Of a DNA stretch of 59,449 bases, positions 57,819 to 59,449 are shown one piece after another. Within the stretch, counting starts at the first letter, position 1; each line of letters begins with the position of its first letter. This DNA comes from an uncultured Desulfatiglans sp. (GTDB taxonomy: Bacteria > Desulfobacterota > DSM-4660 > Desulfatiglandales > HGW-15), in assembly GCA_964610475.1 (NCBI GenBank), contig CAZSZQ010000002.1:1-59449 (forward strand). Direction: 5' to 3'. Made by a program: the position numbers and the translations under genes. The notes beneath the pieces are model-generated. The model worked only from the letters and a program-made list of their open reading frames with translations. It ran no database searches and was not told where the DNA came from.

Positions 57819-57887
57819 TCTATATTCCCCTGTATGACAAAAAGCTTGATCCTCCATGTAAAGTTGACCTTACATTAATGCTCAGTT

Positions 57888-57909
57888 GATGTCAAGTTGA
57901 TTTGACATC
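57888..57909 (-). promoter_or_regulatory. perfect inverted repeat (operator candidate) in the promoter region of the XRE operon
   Basis: GATGTCAA-GTTGAT-TTGACATC, with 8-bp perfect arms, each containing a TTGACA-like hexamer. Confidence 0.4.
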
Positions 57910-58074
57910 ATGTAAAAAATTTTAAATGTTTTTTTAAGGCAAGAAATCTTAAATACAGGTACAGAGAGTAGTCAGGCTGAAGATTCCTTCTTTTTGAGGA
58001 ACTTAAAAAAACTCCGATAAGTCATTCGCCTGAAATCTGAAGGCTCCATCCATGAAACAATCCATTGATGGCTG

Positions 58075-58710
58075 TTAATCACATGGACATGGGGCATTGT
58101 CTGCATATGTATCATTATGTTCTTTGCTGCAATAAACCATTTTATCTCTGTTATTAGCCGGCAAAGAGTCATATACTGCCCGGCTTACAGAGTCCCGAAT
58201 AATGTCTGACATCTCCTGACTTAACTGCCCCTGTAAAAGAGGTATGGGATCAGTTTTCAGGTCTCCCTTTAATTCAAAAGATGAAAAGGTGATTAAGTCT
58301 TTCTGAAATTCAATACATTGATTCATTCCTTCTCCGCCGAGTTTAATTTTGAATTCAAATTCAGCTTCAAGGTTAAGTTCTTTATCATGAACCGGAAATG
58401 CTGATGTTAATGAGACCTGGTAGCAAAACTTTATTAATAATCTTGCCTTTATATCAGTAACGGCTTTTCCTGTTATAAAGCCATCCTCAACATTCCATTC
58501 CTTGACTTTTATTGCATTATCCATATTTAAGATATTGTAATAATAGCAATACTGGAACTGAAAATCACACCCTATATTACAGGGTTTTTTTACAATCCGG
58601 ATGAATTCCGGGTTTTTATTTTGAGATATGTACATATCTTCTGCATGGATGCCAGGAGATAAAAAGCCAATAAATATACTTAAAACGAAAAATCTTAAAA
58701 TGGCAGGCAT
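58075..58710 (-). CDS. hypothetical secreted Cys-rich protein
   Basis: Signal peptide MPAILRFFVLSIFIGFLSPGIHA; no recognisable domain. Confidence 0.4.
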   Translation of the reverse strand: MPAILRFFVLSIFIGFLSPGIHAEDMYISQNKNPEFIRIVKKPCNIGCDFQFQYCYYYNILNMDNAIKVKEWNVEDGFITGKAVTDIKARLLIKFCYQVSLTSAFPVHDKELNLEAEFEFKIKLGGEGMNQCIEFQKDLITFSSFELKGDLKTDPIPLLQGQLSQEMSDIIRDSVSRAVYDSLPANNRDKMVYCSKEHNDTYADNAPCPCD

Positions 58711-58892
58711 GGTGACTACTCCTTAAAAAAAGGTGATTTTCCTTCTGGCAATATAAGATAGATTATCATAAACCATATGACAGTGCAAACATCATTGGGT
58801 TGTTTTTTAATCCGGAATATATTATACAGAAATCGTTTGTCTTTTACATACAGGTTTTGGCATATATTGATTCTTTTAGAGGAAGGGAAAAA

Positions 58893-59449
58893 ATGATGAG
58901 CATGAAAAACAGAGTTTTTAATACTTTAATAGTTTTATCTGCAATTGTCCTTGTGTTATTTTTATGTTGTGGAATAGCCTCATCTGCAAATGACAGGAAG
59001 ATAATTATAGATAAAAACCTTAAACCAGGCATGATATTAAAAGAAGCTATTGAACTGCTCGGTCCGCCTGAGAGTATAAAATTAAGTAATGCCGGCACAA
59101 TTATCATACCCTATGACACACTTGGTCTTTCTATTGAGGTTGTAAGTGATGGAAAAACAATCGATTCCATTCACATAGAATCTTCCTTTAAAGGCAGTTT
59201 TGCCTCAGGGCTTGAGATAGGCGCAGAGACTCAAAAAATTATTTCCGTTTACAACCAGCCTGACATATTCACTGGGGAGAAAATGGAATATTCTTCCATT
59301 GGCAGGATATTTCAAATCCATCAGGGTAAAGTTACAGGTGCAGATCTCTACTCAGATGATAGTAAATTGTATCACCGGATCGCAATGAAAGAACCGGAAC
59401 AACCTGCAGAAACCCGTGCGACAGTTCGAACAGAAATAAGCAAAGAGGT
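58893..59449 (+). CDS. hypothetical exported protein, 3'-truncated by the window end
   Basis: ATG 58893 preceded by ggaaggg. Signal-like MMSMKNRVFNTLIVLSAIVLVLFLCCGIASSA. The frame is open to the last base by my hand translation. It is absent from the ORF track, presumably because it has no stop. Confidence 0.5.
   Translation, partial: MMSMKNRVFNTLIVLSAIVLVLFLCCGIASSANDRKIIIDKNLKPGMILKEAIELLGPPESIKLSNAGTIIIPYDTLGLSIEVVSDGKTIDSIHIESSFKGSFASGLEIGAETQKIISVYNQPDIFTGEKMEYSSIGRIFQIHQGKVTGADLYSDDSKLYHRIAMKEPEQPAETRATVRTEISKE

Noticed and set aside
58844-59107. Minus-strand 87-aa ORF at the right end.
   Set aside because: It overlaps the better-supported plus-strand open frame starting at 58893, which has an RBS and a signal peptide and is open to the window end.

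Overview
This 59.4 kb window is bacterial chromosome. Protein similarities (GroEL, DsbD, sigma-54 activator, polyferredoxins, many Fe-S/Mo enzymes) suggest an anaerobic Desulfobacterales-type deltaproteobacterium, but that is inference only. I saw no rRNA, tRNA, CRISPR array, transposase or integrase.

The left third (1-24 kb) is housekeeping: rlmD-like methyltransferase, fabH, dsbD, waaA, infA, an LptF/G permease, a GAF/sigma-54 activator, a PatB-type C-S lyase, a DUF362/polyferredoxin pair, an unusual CysK-CysRS-like fusion, and groES-groEL.

The centre (24.3-49.8 kb) is an accessory-looking catabolic island and the most interesting part. It holds three paralogous copies of a two-module protein. 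The N-module has an in-frame TGA at the same aligned position in all three copies (motif U-x-x-C: UDSC, UGSC, UGGC). Each TGA is followed 10-12 nt later by a stable hairpin, which fits bacterial SECIS geometry. The ORF track splits or truncates all three genes at that TGA.
- Two copies are fused to a roughly 350-aa conserved domain of unknown function.
- In the third copy the two modules are separate adjacent genes.
- A decayed fragment of a fourth C-module lies at 39.2-39.4 kb.
- One copy carries a lipoprotein signal.

The modules sit directly downstream of a thioredoxin-reductase-like flavoprotein and two AMP-forming acyl-CoA ligases. Nearby are a double hot-dog dehydratase, an ADP-forming acyl-CoA synthetase, a TetR regulator, a three-subunit molybdenum hydroxylase, a FAD/Fe-S/FAD dehydrogenase trio and a MoaD/ThiS-like GG protein. 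I interpret this as a candidate uncharacterised selenocysteine-dependent redox system, conceptually similar to glycine/proline reductase plus the thioredoxin system. The function is inference.

The right end (50-59 kb) carries a Sel1-repeat protein, a Tat-signal aldo/keto reductase, and a tightly packed 7-gene operon (XRE regulator, membrane protein, ABC ATPase, FG-GAP repeat protein, ABC-2 permease, two small unknowns).

Sec-incorporation genes (selA/selB/selC/selD) are not in the window, so the selenoprotein calls rest on sequence logic alone.
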